DNA from: Macrostomum lignano
Taxonomy: Eukaryota
Length of the DNA stretch: 64,000 bases
NCBI GenBank assembly: GCA_002269645.1
Contig: NIVC01002047.1
Span: forward strand, 1 to 64,000
Direction of reading: 5' to 3'
Shown: positions 23,928 to 34,966 of the stretch, in pieces
How positions within the stretch are numbered: position 1 is the stretch's first letter
Layout of the letters: each line of letters starts with the position of its first letter
Program-made: the position numbers and the translations under genes
Notes under the pieces: model-generated
The model's input: only the letters and a program-made list of their open reading frames with translations
Databases searched by the model: none
What the model was told of the DNA's origin: nothing

Positions 23928-24890
23928 TAGGGAATACAATCCCGGGATCCCGAAATCTCTGGATTATTCTGAATCCCAGGATTTCAATTATGCTTAAATC
24001 CCGGGATTCTAAATCCCGGGATCACACTTGTCCGGGATTCGAAAATCCCGGGATTGACCATCGGGATCCTGATCCCGGTTTGCAATAATTCAATCATTCA
24101 TTCTCGAATTATTGTATCTGCAGCTGAGCTACTGTCAGGTGAAAATCATAACCCAGTTGGCCTGCTTTTGATTTATTAATCTTTTAAACATGCAGGCTAG
24201 TGAGAAGGCTTAGGGCTGCAGAGATACAAAACTGAAGCAGGAGATTTCAGGTGTAATAATGTACGTGCAACTGTGCGCATATGGTAGGGGGGCCGTAGCC
24301 CAGCGGTAGCGCAGCTGCTCTGGTGTGCCAGCGACCCAGGCTCGATTCCAAGTGCAGTCACATTAATTTGGGTCTGAATTGGAATCTCGGCTTGGCTCTG
24401 CTCGTGCAATTAACGGCCTTGAGAGCCAACCCCCCCAAGGCGCAGTGCAGTGTACATGCCTAACGATAAAATAAAGTTAGGGCCGCTGTACACTCCTGTG
24501 TGAGTGTGTGCCTGTGTACGTATCCGCGCGCTTGTGTGCCTGCTCAGGGGAGTCGGCGGAATGGGCAGTAATGCCTCTCGCCGGTTGTGTGCCAATGTCG
24601 CTTAAAGTGCGCCAGGGTGCACACAACCCCCCTGCCTTTAATAAAAGTGTGCATTGGTACTCGCAGACAAATTTAATTATTATTCTAAATCCTGTGCACA
24701 GAGTCTAAAGCAATAGAGGCCAATTCCTCATTATTTCCGATCACAGCGCTATGTTCTACTTTATTATTGAAAGCCCTTTAAAATCAGATTAGATGGCTTT
24801 GTTAACCAAAATTGCACCAACAAAGATTAGAAACTTTTTTAATCTCGGGATCCCGGCCGGATTGGCAAAACTCAGGATTTGTATTCCCTA
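23928..24890. mobile_element. Non-autonomous hAT-type element with ATCCCGGGAT subterminal palindromes, interrupted by a SINE
   Basis: Ends TAGGGAATACAATCC / GGATTTGTATTCCCTA are inverted. Flanks CTGCCTAT (23920-27) and CTGCCAAT (24891-98) form an 8-bp TSD with one mismatch. Confidence 0.85.
24287..24646 (+). mobile_element. tRNA-derived SINE, copy 1
   Basis: A-box-like TAGCCCAGCGGT, B-box-like GGCTCGATTCC, AATAAAA tail and near-TSD GTGCGCATATGGTA / GTGTGCATTGGTA. A near-identical inverted copy lies at 41586-41958. Confidence 0.88.
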
Positions 24891-25242
24891 CTGCCAATCC
24901 ACTGAGAGTGTACATAAGTTCGTGCGTGGGTACAGTATGCCCGGCATCCCTCCTGCAACCTCGCCATCTGAAACAGCACAGCTTACACCTTTGTGGGGTG
25001 CCTCCACGAATATTTCAGAATATAACTTCTTTGAGAAAAAAAATTCTAACAACAACAAGCTGAATTTACTCGTAAATTTATCGCAGTCGCAAAAATGTAC
25101 ATTTTCGGTCGAGAATTTCCAGGAAATCCTATATAATACGTGTAGATTCTATTTTTAGAACACTCCTTCCTAGAATCTGCAGATAACGGGCCGCTAGAGT
25201 TAATTTAGAGACATTTAAAACAAACACATCCTGTTCCGGTTA

Positions 25243-26950
25243 CTACTGCGGGTTAGGAACGTTAGGATGTCTCGCAATTAGTAAAAGCGGAGACAGCACT
25301 TTGAGCACTGCGGACACGTCGACAGACTCAAGCACAGCGGCCTCGAACTGATCCTGGCAGGTGTGCAGGCAGGCGATCATTTCGCCAGCTCGCTCGGGCG
25401 TCCGGCCACCGTGGCGCATGAAGTGGCGCGTAGCGCAAAATGCTACAACGCGAGGCGCGTAGCCGAAATCAGCGGCCAGACGAAGCGAGGTTAATTCGGC
25501 GAGGTCGCGCCGAAGTTTGCGCAGAGCTCGAAGGAATTTTTCAATGTCGAGATTGACGGACAGCTGGGGCTGCTGCGGCTGGTCTGCGATTGGCCTGTGG
25601 GAATGTTCATAATTGGCGGCTACATCAATGGATTTTTATTATTGACGGCTGCATCAAAGGATTTTGTTGATTGGTGGCTGCATCAAAGGATTTTTAAGAT
25701 TGGCGGCTACATCAAAAGATTTTGTTATGCTTGGCGGCTACATCAAAGGATTTTGTTTTGACTGGCAACGACATCGAAGGATTTTTATGATAGGCAGTTA
25801 ACATCAAAGGATTATGTAATAACTGGCGGCTACATCAAAGGATTGTTACTGCTGGCGGCTGCATGGAAAGATTTTATGGTTGGCGGCTACATCAAAGGAT
25901 TTTGTTATGCTTGGTGGGCGGCTACATCAAAGGATTTTGTTATGCTTGGTGGGCGGCTACATCAAAGGATTTTGTTATGCTTGGTGGGCGGCTACATCAA
26001 AGGATTTTGTTATGCTTGGTGGGCGGCTACATCAAAGGATTTTATGATTGGCGGCTTTTTACAGCCAGCGACTACATAAAAAAATTTTGTTATTTACATC
26101 GAATTGGTGTCTATGACTAACGGCTTTAAAGGGTTCTTTTACAACGGCTGCGTCATTATAAAATATAAATTACTCTACCTATTAACTCAAAGACTCACCG
26201 CCGCAGGTGTTGAACAATAAAATCTCTCAGTCGGACGTAATAGCACGCTGGGCTGGCAGCCCGATGCATTGACCAATAAAACTCATCAGCTGGATTATCG
26301 CAGTCGGAATCCAGCAGCTGCTTCCCGCTGATCTGCTGCTCACCATTTCTATCGTTGGAAATGATTTCGCTCGATACCAGCGCATTGCAGTGAAAGCATC
26401 TCAACCTGACAGAACTTGACACTGAGTTTTCTGCTACAGTTGCTTCATTGATTGCGTCATCAACTGTGTACAATCCTGCGGCTGCGGAGGCAGCGGCGGT
26501 GGCAACATGGCTTCTCAAATTGCGGCTAAACCGTCGCGAGTATCGAGTGAGGGCCGGGTTCACCGAGGCTGTTAGGTTTAGTAGTAGGCAGCCTGCAAGG
26601 ACAAGGGGTTCTGGGTGAGCTTATCTATCTATCTATCTATCTATCTATTAATCTATCCATCTATCTATCTATCTATCTATCCATCTATCTATCCATCTAT
26701 CTATCCATCTATCTATCTATCTATCCATCTATCTATCTATCTATCCATCTATCATATACTCAACCACAGCCTCACCAACAATGTACACCCGTTGGCAGTC
26801 GCTGGCAGCAACAAAAGCTGCCCGAACAGTCTCGCAGAACTCCGCGCCGTACATCTCGTGAAATCCCGGCTTCAAAGCCTGCCAGCAGTCCGTGTCAGCG
26901 GCTGCCACTGTTGAATCGCGCGGCAGTTGAGGCTCTGCACAGCCTGACAT
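25243..26950 (-). CDS. Divergent IAP-like protein (BIR + IAP-type UBA). Exons 26950-26776, 26592-26199, 25594-25243; start uncertain
   Basis: Phase-consistent GT-AG junctions (1, 2) give 921 nt. BIR-like AAAGLY..VRLRCFHC..W..HRAASPAC.YV. UBA-like LAADFGYAPRVV..RHGG..GEMIACLHTCQ parallels XIAP AIRMGFSFKDI..SG..LVADLVNAQ. Confidence 0.7.
25612..26095. repeat. ~31-33-bp minisatellite (TTGGCGGCTACATCAAAGGATTTTGTTATGC)n in IAP-like intron 2
   Basis: Degenerate tandem copies are visible. Confidence 0.92.
26612..26752. repeat. (TATC)n microsatellite in IAP-like intron 1
   Basis: TATC/CATC run. Confidence 0.96.
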
Positions 26951-27199
26951 CCCAACTGCTCGATTCCAAGCCTCGAATGCAGCTAAATAAAGTTGTACTG
27001 CTTTTAAAGCCACGCTCGCCTCAGGCGTTTCGTACCTCTATTTGTTGCGGGTGCATTTTTCAGCCAATCAAAGCCATTCGTAACCTATGTAGTATGGCTA
27101 AATATAGTACTGACTTAATTTTAGTTCATACAGTTTTCTGCTGGTCTACGTGAATAGCATGCAAAATTACCTCTGAATAAGGCCACTCGAATAAGTCCC

Positions 27200-27540
27200 A
27201 CCGTCTCTCTATGCAGTCCCACTGTGTCTCTAATGCAGTCATTTTGTGTCTAATGCAGTCCTACTGTGTCTAATGCAGTCCTACTGTGTTTAATGCAGTC
27301 CTACTGTCTCTAATGCAGTCCTACTGTCTAATGCAGTCCTACTGTGTCTAATGCAGTCCTACTGTCTTTCTAATGCAGTCCCAAGAGTTTCTCAGTTTCT
27401 CTAATGCAGTCCCACGAGTTTCTCAGTTTCTCTAATGCAGTCCCACGAGTTTCTCAGTTTCTCAAATGCAGTCCTACGAGTTTCTCAGTTTCTCAAATGC
27501 AGTCCCACGAGTTTCTCCGTTCTCAAATACAGTCTCCAGT
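27200..27540. repeat. Minisatellite, reverse complement of the 14817 family (CTAATGCAGTCCTACTGT core)
   Basis: About 14 copies of the TAATGCAGTCC core. Confidence 0.9.
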
Positions 27541-28326
27541 GTTCCAAGTAAACGCAGTCAATTAGCAGACTTATATACACGTAGATAAACAAAGACAAAA
27601 GACAATGAGACTACTAATTTTTTTTGTTGAAAACGAAAAAGCGTCTTTAATAATATAGAATATTGTTTTCTCTCCTTGTCTAAAGAAGCATCCGACGCCT
27701 TGATGCGAAATAAATGTTCAGACACTTCTTTGTCGAATATTTTTGTGTTTATTAAGAGAAAGAGAATGGACAGAAAGCAGGTTTGGTAAATTAAATCAAC
27801 ACACAGATAATTATATTTCAAATATTTTTGCCTTGGCTATGGAATCTATCAAACAAACATAGGCGAGACCAATTTAAAAATAACGCACACGCAGGGCAAA
27901 TGATAAATTCGAAATTAAAATGTCCACTTCAAATAGTTTATCAAGATAAGTTAATATACAATTGAAGACTGAATTAAATCAAGCAGTTGTTGTTATTTCT
28001 ATTATTAATAAATGTTTGAAGTTAGGCGCTGAATAAAACAGAAAATACACAGACAGGCAGGCAGAGACCGCAGCGAAATGGAACTCTTTGATATTAAAAC
28101 CAGATTTTTTCAAAGCATTTTTTCACAAAGTTTATATTTTCTTTTATGTGCATAATACACCTGTGCCGCTGTGTCAGTCAGCTAGTAAAAGCAAAATTCT
28201 TTGGTGGCAAATCTTAATGAATTGTCTGATTTCCCATTAAACGAATCGATTAATTTGATTGGTTGGTAGGACTTGACGCTTCAAATAGCGCGCACCTAAG
28301 AGCGGTAATCGCGGAGCTGTCATATT

Positions 28327-31300
28327 TTAAAGCTTGTCAATCTTGGTGGACACAACCTGCGGATTGGCCTTGCGAATCTCCTCCTGGCCATGGCTCTGGT
28401 AGTCGAACGGGCACTCGTGCTTATCGCTGTAGCGGTGCATGGAGCAGAACAGGCCTCCGCAACGGCATGCGAAACCTGCTCAAGGTTGGCATGAGATCTC
28501 ATGTCAGTCATGCACACTACTAAATGAGATCTCATATCAGTCACACACTCTACTCAATGAGATATCACACCTTAAAAAACTACTCACGAGACGAGTTCTC
28601 ATATTCACTATTGATAAAACTAGATTTCTAATCAAAAATAAAATTTAGAACACAACCACGCTACTGATAAGTAGCTTAATCAGCATATAACTGTCACAAA
28701 AAACTGTACTAAAGCTACTTACCAGTAAGGCCGACCTTTTTCTTGCACATGTTGCATCGGTTGGACTTCTTATTGTTGGACTGAGCGCTTGAGCCGCTAG
28801 AGCTGCCGGCTGCAAATTGAAAACAGCACAAAATAACTAAGACATTATTACTACTATTTGCGTGAATAAAGCACATTAAACACTAATTACATTATTGTGT
28901 CTTAGTGTCCATGTACACCTTATTATATCTTAGTGTCCATCTCCACCTCAATATGTCTTAGTGTCCATGTACACCTCAGTATGTCTTGGTTTTATGTCCA
29001 CTTGGGTATGTCTTGGTGTCTATGCCCACCTCAGTATGTCTTAGAGTCCATCTCCACCTCAGTATGTCTTAGTGTCCATCTCCACCTCAGTATGTCTTAG
29101 TGTCCATCTCCACCTCAGTATGTCTTAAGTGTCTATGTCCGGTTCAGTATGTTTTAGTGTCTATGTCCACCTCAGTATGTCTTAAGTGTCTATGTCCGGT
29201 TCAGTATGTTTTAGTGTCTATGTCCACCTCAGTATGCCTTAAGTGTCTATGTCCGGTTCAGTATGTTTTAGTGTCCATGTCTACCTCAGAATGTCTGAGT
29301 GTCCATCTCTACCTCAGAATATCTGAGTGTCCATCTCCACCTCACTATGTCTTAGTGTCCATCTCCACCTCAGTATGTCTTAGTGTCCATCTACAATTCA
29401 GTATGTATCAGTGTCTATCTCCAACTCAGTGTGTCTTAGTGCCGATGTCCACTTCAGTGTCTTAGTGTTAATGTCCACCTCAGCTGAGTATTTTGTACTT
29501 TTGATTACGCCCCAAATTCTATCAATACTAGTGGCGAAAAATAATTGAGAAAAATACTCTCAAATCCACATTGAATAGTGCATGCTGAGTAGTTCAATAA
29601 GGAATTTTTTTATCAAGCATTAAATTTTAAATTTGAATCGAATACTTTCAGAATGTCCACGAGTTCCAGTCGTGAACTGAGGCGCATGCCTAATATTATT
29701 AACAAGTCAGCACGATTTCACTGCATGCTTGAAGGCGAAAAGAGAGGGTTCAATATAGGCGAGAGAGAATAGAGGGAAAGAAGAGGAAAGAGAGGCCAGA
29801 GCTATTCAAGTGCAAAGCAAGGCACAGGGGTATGGGTTAGACTGTTTGACGTCAGTACAGTACAGTACAGAACATTTGAAGGTTAAAAAAAGAAGCACGG
29901 CTAGACCTGCTACAAAGGCAAATATAAAGGGATAGAGAGAGGAGAGAGAGGGAGAGAGATAGGATTAGGAAACCAGCTGACTTAGACCACACAGAACTGG
30001 TTTTTAGGCAGAACTGGCCAACAGAGAATTAGTGATCCGTGTGAAAGAATGTACATTCTTATAAATGTGAAGCAGGCGCTGCAGCAGCCAGTCAGTCAGT
30101 ACAGGGTCAGTACAGTGTCGCACTGAGGACAGGGCAGGGCAGTGCAGTGAGTAAGGAAAACAGACAGGGACGCTTTAAACTAGAAAATCTGGATTGGAAA
30201 CCCATTTTTAAGTATCGAAATTTATACTGAAATCAAGTTAATGTGCCATCCCTGTTAAAGTACGAGTAACACCCATCGTAAAGTTACAAAAATGGAATGG
30301 GTTTAATTTTTTAAAATCTGCACTTCACTTATATTCTTCAGTGAAACCGTGACTTGGCAGGCTAGAGCAGAGTCTCAGCTGTTATAAACAGGCAATTGTA
30401 TGCATACGTGCAAAACTCTACACGGGTCTGGGGCTATTGAGCTGCACTGGACAGAGAAAATCTTGGAAATTATGACGAAATCGCACTGCAGGTACGTCAC
30501 TCCATGCGACAGATGGGTTGCTAAATTTAACTTAATTCTGACAAGAAATGCCAAGAAACTGAAGATCTGGGAGGCTGGCCCAGCAACTAAACACGTTGGG
30601 AGGCTGGCCCAGCAATTGAAGATCTGGGAGACTGGCCCAGCAACTGACACTCTGGGAGGCTGGCCCAGCAACTGACACTCTGGGAGGCTGGCCCAGCAAC
30701 TGACACTCTGGGAGACTGGCCCAGCAACTGACACTCTGGGAGGCTGGCCCAGCAACTGACACTCTGGGAGGCTGGCCCAGCAACTGAGGATCTGGGAGAC
30801 TGGCCCAGCAACTGAGGATCTGGGAGGTTGGCCCAGCAACTGAGGATCTGGGAGGCTGGCCCAGCAACTGGGGATCTGGGAGGCTGGCCCAGCAACTGAG
30901 GATCTGGGAGACTGGCCCAGCAACTGAGGATCTGGGAGGTTGGCCCAGCAACTGAGGATCTGGGAGGCTGGCCCAGCAACTGAGGATCTGGGAGGTTGGC
31001 CCAGCAACTGGGGATCTGGGAGGCTGGCCCAGCAACTGACACTCTGGGAGGCTGGCCCAGCAACTGAGGATCTGGGAGACTGGCCCAGCAACTGAGGATC
31101 TGGGAGGTTGGCCCAGCAACTGAGGATCTGGGAGGCTGGCCCAGCAACTGAGGATCTGGGAGGTTGGCCCAGCAACTGGGGATCTGGGAGGCTGGCCCAG
31201 CAACTGAGGATCTGGGAGGCTGGCCCAGCACCTGACACTCTGGGAGGCTGGCCCAGCAACTGAAGATCTGGGAGACTGGCCCAGCAACTGACTGAGAATC

Positions 31301-32385
31301 TGGGAGGCTGGCCCAGCAACTGAGGATCTGGGAGGCTGGCCCAGCAACTGAGGATCTGGGAGGCTGGCCCAGCAACTGAGGATCTGGGAGGCTGGCCCAG
31401 CAACTGAGGATCTGGGAGGCTGGCCCAGCAACTGAGGATCTGGGAGGCTGGCCCAGTAACTAAGGATTTGGGAGGCTGGCCCAGCAACTGAGCATCTGGG
31501 AGGTGACAGCTCAGACACATGCCTTCAAGCTACGATGAAGATACTGAAGGCTCATATTCTGACGCAGCAATAATACCAGATCACACTGCCAGCACAAAGC
31601 ATTCACCAGTCTTACCCGAAGAATCAACGCTCGCCACCTCAGCCGACTTGGCGGCAGCAACAGAGGCGGTAGACTTCAGAGGCACGCCAACGCTGGCGGA
31701 ACTCTCAGCTGCGGCGGTTGCGTGGCTGTCTTCATTAGTGTTGGCGGCGGCGGCCGCCGCTGCTCCGGCAGTCACCTGGTTGGCGGCGGCTCCGAAAGCA
31801 GATTGGGGCAGACCTGTGGAAAGCAGAAAGTGGGCTTGCTATCAAGTTTTGATTTTGTTGCCAAGTTAAATGCTCAAAGAAAAGCAACTAATTGAATTAT
31901 TGAAATACAAACATTAAAACGACTAACTGAAACAAAACACTGGCTGAAACTGAGCAGAGCAGATTGAAACACAGACCGTGAGAGTCATCCTCGGAGGAAT
32001 TTTCAATAGGCTGGTCGATATTAGAATTTTTCAGCCTTTTATTATTACCGCTAGACCCGAATATGTTGTCTGAATTTGACAATGCGACAGTTCGGGGTGA
32101 ATGAATGTCAATTACGAATCGTTTACTGATTTATGCTCAAAGCAGTTGAAATTGTAGGAAAGCTGTCTGCTTTCACTTACTTGACGATGCGCAGAGTAAT
32201 GCAGCAGCGTGTGGACTAGAAGTTGGCTTTTGGATTTGTTCCTCGTCTTGCTTTTGCCTTTTCTTCATGTTCTCCTTGTGACAGACGCTGCACATGCCAT
32301 CAAACTGAGTGGAACCATAGAATCCGCAGCCATTTTGGCACAGATTAGCGGCTATGGTTGACTGTTGGTTCTCATTTTCAGACAT
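28327..32385 (-). CDS. ZFAND5: A20/AN1 zinc finger protein (ZFAND5/6-like), about 243 aa. Exons 32385-32181, 32069-31977, 31813-31616, 28809-28723, 28475-28327
   Basis: A20 finger LCQNGCGFYGSTQFDGMCSVCHK. AN1 finger NRCNMCKKKVGLTG|FACRCGGLFCSMHRYSDKHECPFDY..IRKANPQVV..KIDKL*. All introns are phase 1. Exon 32069-31977 has a weak donor, and ZFAND5 cannot be told from ZFAND6. Confidence 0.92.
28895..29485. repeat. ~28-bp minisatellite (GTCTTAGTGTCCATCTCCACCTCAGTAT)n in ZFAND intron 3
   Basis: Degenerate tandem copies. Confidence 0.92.
30560..31500. repeat. 28-bp minisatellite (GATCTGGGAGGCTGGCCCAGCAACTGAG)n in ZFAND intron 3
   Basis: About 33 copies, which explain the three overlapping minus-strand ORFs at 30375-31520. 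Confidence 0.96.
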
Positions 32386-33769
32386 TATTGGCAATTATTT
32401 GTATTTGAATCACTGAGCTGCAAGCACATTGGCACAGCTGATTAATTAGTTCAAAAATAAAAAAATAACAATATTTCAACCTTATGTCCTTACCTAGTAC
32501 AGTACTAAGCCACTCTAACCTGCATAAGTTATAGAAGCCTGCAGACTCAATGTTTGCATATCACTTAAATTTCCTAGTAACACAACTACAGATAAATTAA
32601 TAAATGATATTATTATAAGTTAAAGCTATATTAACAAAAAATGACCTTTTGTTTTCTTTTTTCCAAGGTATATTTCTAAAACTTGATTATAATTCCATTA
32701 TATTTATTTTTTAAAATATACTTCTCAACTATTACAGGATATATATATATCTATGCCTAGCTATTAAAGTTTAGATCCATACTACCATAGTCAGAATAGT
32801 GTTTATCATTTGCCAGAACATTTTTGGACAAGACAAAAATGTATAATATTTACCTAGAAGAAATTATATTTTGTGTAAAAACTTTGATCAATCTTTGAGT
32901 AGAAATTTGTTAAATCTTTATTTTATAATGTCAATTTGCTTTTTATTTACTAAAATAAAACATATTTTTTTTGGTTAACATAAAAAGTATTTAAATATTG
33001 TTATTAAATAATCTAACTGATTATATATATTTTTTAAACTTAAAATTCTTGTAGTTTAAGCTTAGAATTAGATCTGAATTCTGATATATACTCATATTAG
33101 GTCTAGGTTTTAGGTTTTAGCTAAAAGCAAAAATGGAAAAAAGAAAAGATACAAGTTATAAATCTTAAACCTAGTCCCCTAGGCCTAGTCCTATAACATA
33201 GGCTGGTGATCTTCTAGTTTCTTGCTCTAAATTATTTTATTTTTATACATAAAACACATTTTAGCAAGGACAACATGCTATAGTGACGAACCAAGTTAGC
33301 CATAGACCAATGTCACCATCACCATAAGGTAAACATATCTTATTGCTTTGAAGGGAAGGCTAAAGAGGATAAAGTACAGAAATGGAAGTTCTTTCTTATC
33401 AATTTTTCTTATCCTAACTTTCAAGTCTAGACTAGAGTCTATATCTTATTTGCCAAACTTTTATCTAGTTTTAGATAGGTTAACTTTTGAATACCCAATA
33501 GGGCATAGTCAATACTATATTATTAGCTAATTAAACCTTAATAAAATTGTTAATTAGGCATATAGTCTAAATTATTGTTAAGAACTAAGACATCACAAAA
33601 TCACAATGGTCCTTTGATTTGTCTCTATAGGGCCTATGTATAGGCCCTTACCCTAGAAGTTAGAACAGCTAGTTATTTCTTTTTGCATAAGCTGATTTAG
33701 AGCAATGCCTATATATTGTGGCCACATAAGACATGTACCCATGCATATATGCCCAACCTCAAAATTTCA

Positions 33770-34015
33770 CCCATCTAGTGCAAATTAGTTCTTCCAAATT
33801 GCAACTTAGTTCTTCCAAATTGCAACTTAGTTCTTCCAAATTGCAACTTAGTTTTTCCCAATTGTGACTTAGTTCCCTTTGATTGCAACTTAGTTCTTCC
33901 CAATTGCAACTTAGTTCCTTCTAATTGTGACTTAGTTCCTCCCAATTGCAACTTATTTTCTCTCAATTGCAACTTAGTTCCTCTTGATTGCAATTTAGTT
34001 CCCCCAATTGCAACT
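33770..34015. repeat. 21-bp minisatellite (AATTGCAACTTAGTTCTTCCA)n
   Basis: About 11 tandem copies. Confidence 0.9.
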
Positions 34016-34222
34016 TAATTTTCACTTTGTATATGACTTTTCTTGCTTTTTTCTTTCTCTCTCCTCTTTTCTTTTCTTTTTCCTTCTTCTTTTCCTTTTG
34101 TTTCTTTTTTCTCCAAATTTTTAATTTTTTTGTTTTGGATTTTGCAACTTACCTTGACAGGTTGGCTAATAGCCATTTGTCTGGTTTAGATAGGTCGGAG
34201 GGATGTTGGGCATGTATGTGCC

Positions 34223-34966
34223 AGGAGCACCCCAACTGCTAGCCAGAAAACTGCCAGTTGATAATTGCCAGCCAAGAAAACTGCCAGCCGAGAAATCTGC
34301 CAGCCAACAACTGCTAGCCAACAAGTTCTAGCTAATTGAATCTACTATAGCCTACTTATTAGCTAAGTAAAAAGCATGAAACTGTTTGGCTAGCAAAAGG
34401 CTTGTGGAGTAGCCTTAAATGTCACCTTTCCCTTCCCTATTTTTTTCAGATTTCCATTAGAAGTATATATGTGAAGGAGAAGGCATTCAAATTTCATATT
34501 TTAGGTAGCCTTTACTCTTTCTTTGAAAGCTTTATTTAAGTAAAGTAATTTAATAGACTTATCTAGGATTGCATCATATAGCAATTGCAAATTAAATAAT
34601 AAAGTAAATAAACTTTCAATACAGAAATATTTACAATAAGCATTACAGAATGCCTTCTCCTTTACATATATACTTCTAATGGGAATCTGAAAAAATTAGG
34701 GAAGGGAAGGGCGACATTTAAGGCTACCCCACAAGCCTTTTGCTAGCCAAACAGTTTTGTGCTTTTTACTTAGCTAAAAAGTAGGCTACAGTAGATTCAA
34801 TTAGCTAGAACTTGTCGACTAGCAGTTGTTGGCTGGCAGTTGTTGGCTGGCAATTGTTGGCTGGCAGTTGTTGGCTGGCAGTTGTTGGCTAGCAATTGTC
34901 GGCTGGCAGTTTTCCGGCTGGCAGTTGTCAGCTAGCAATTTTCTAGCTGGCAGTTGGGGTGGACCC
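34223..34966. mobile_element. Mutator/foldback-type MITE with ~265-315-bp inverted arms carrying subterminal CTGCCAGCCAACAA repeats, 9-bp TSD
   Basis: Segments 34228-34488 and 34648-34961 are reverse complements. GTATGTGCC is duplicated at 34214-22 and 34967-75. Confidence 0.88.

Noticed and set aside
24287-24360. tRNA gene
   Set aside because: A and B boxes are present, but the acceptor and anticodon arms do not fold canonically. It is the head of a repeated element with a tail and TSD, so a SINE.
24891-24985. Possible extra IAP exon (minus strand, MARLQEGCRAYC) as a RING remnant
   Set aside because: It does not fit C3HC4 spacing, even after removing the hAT insertion.
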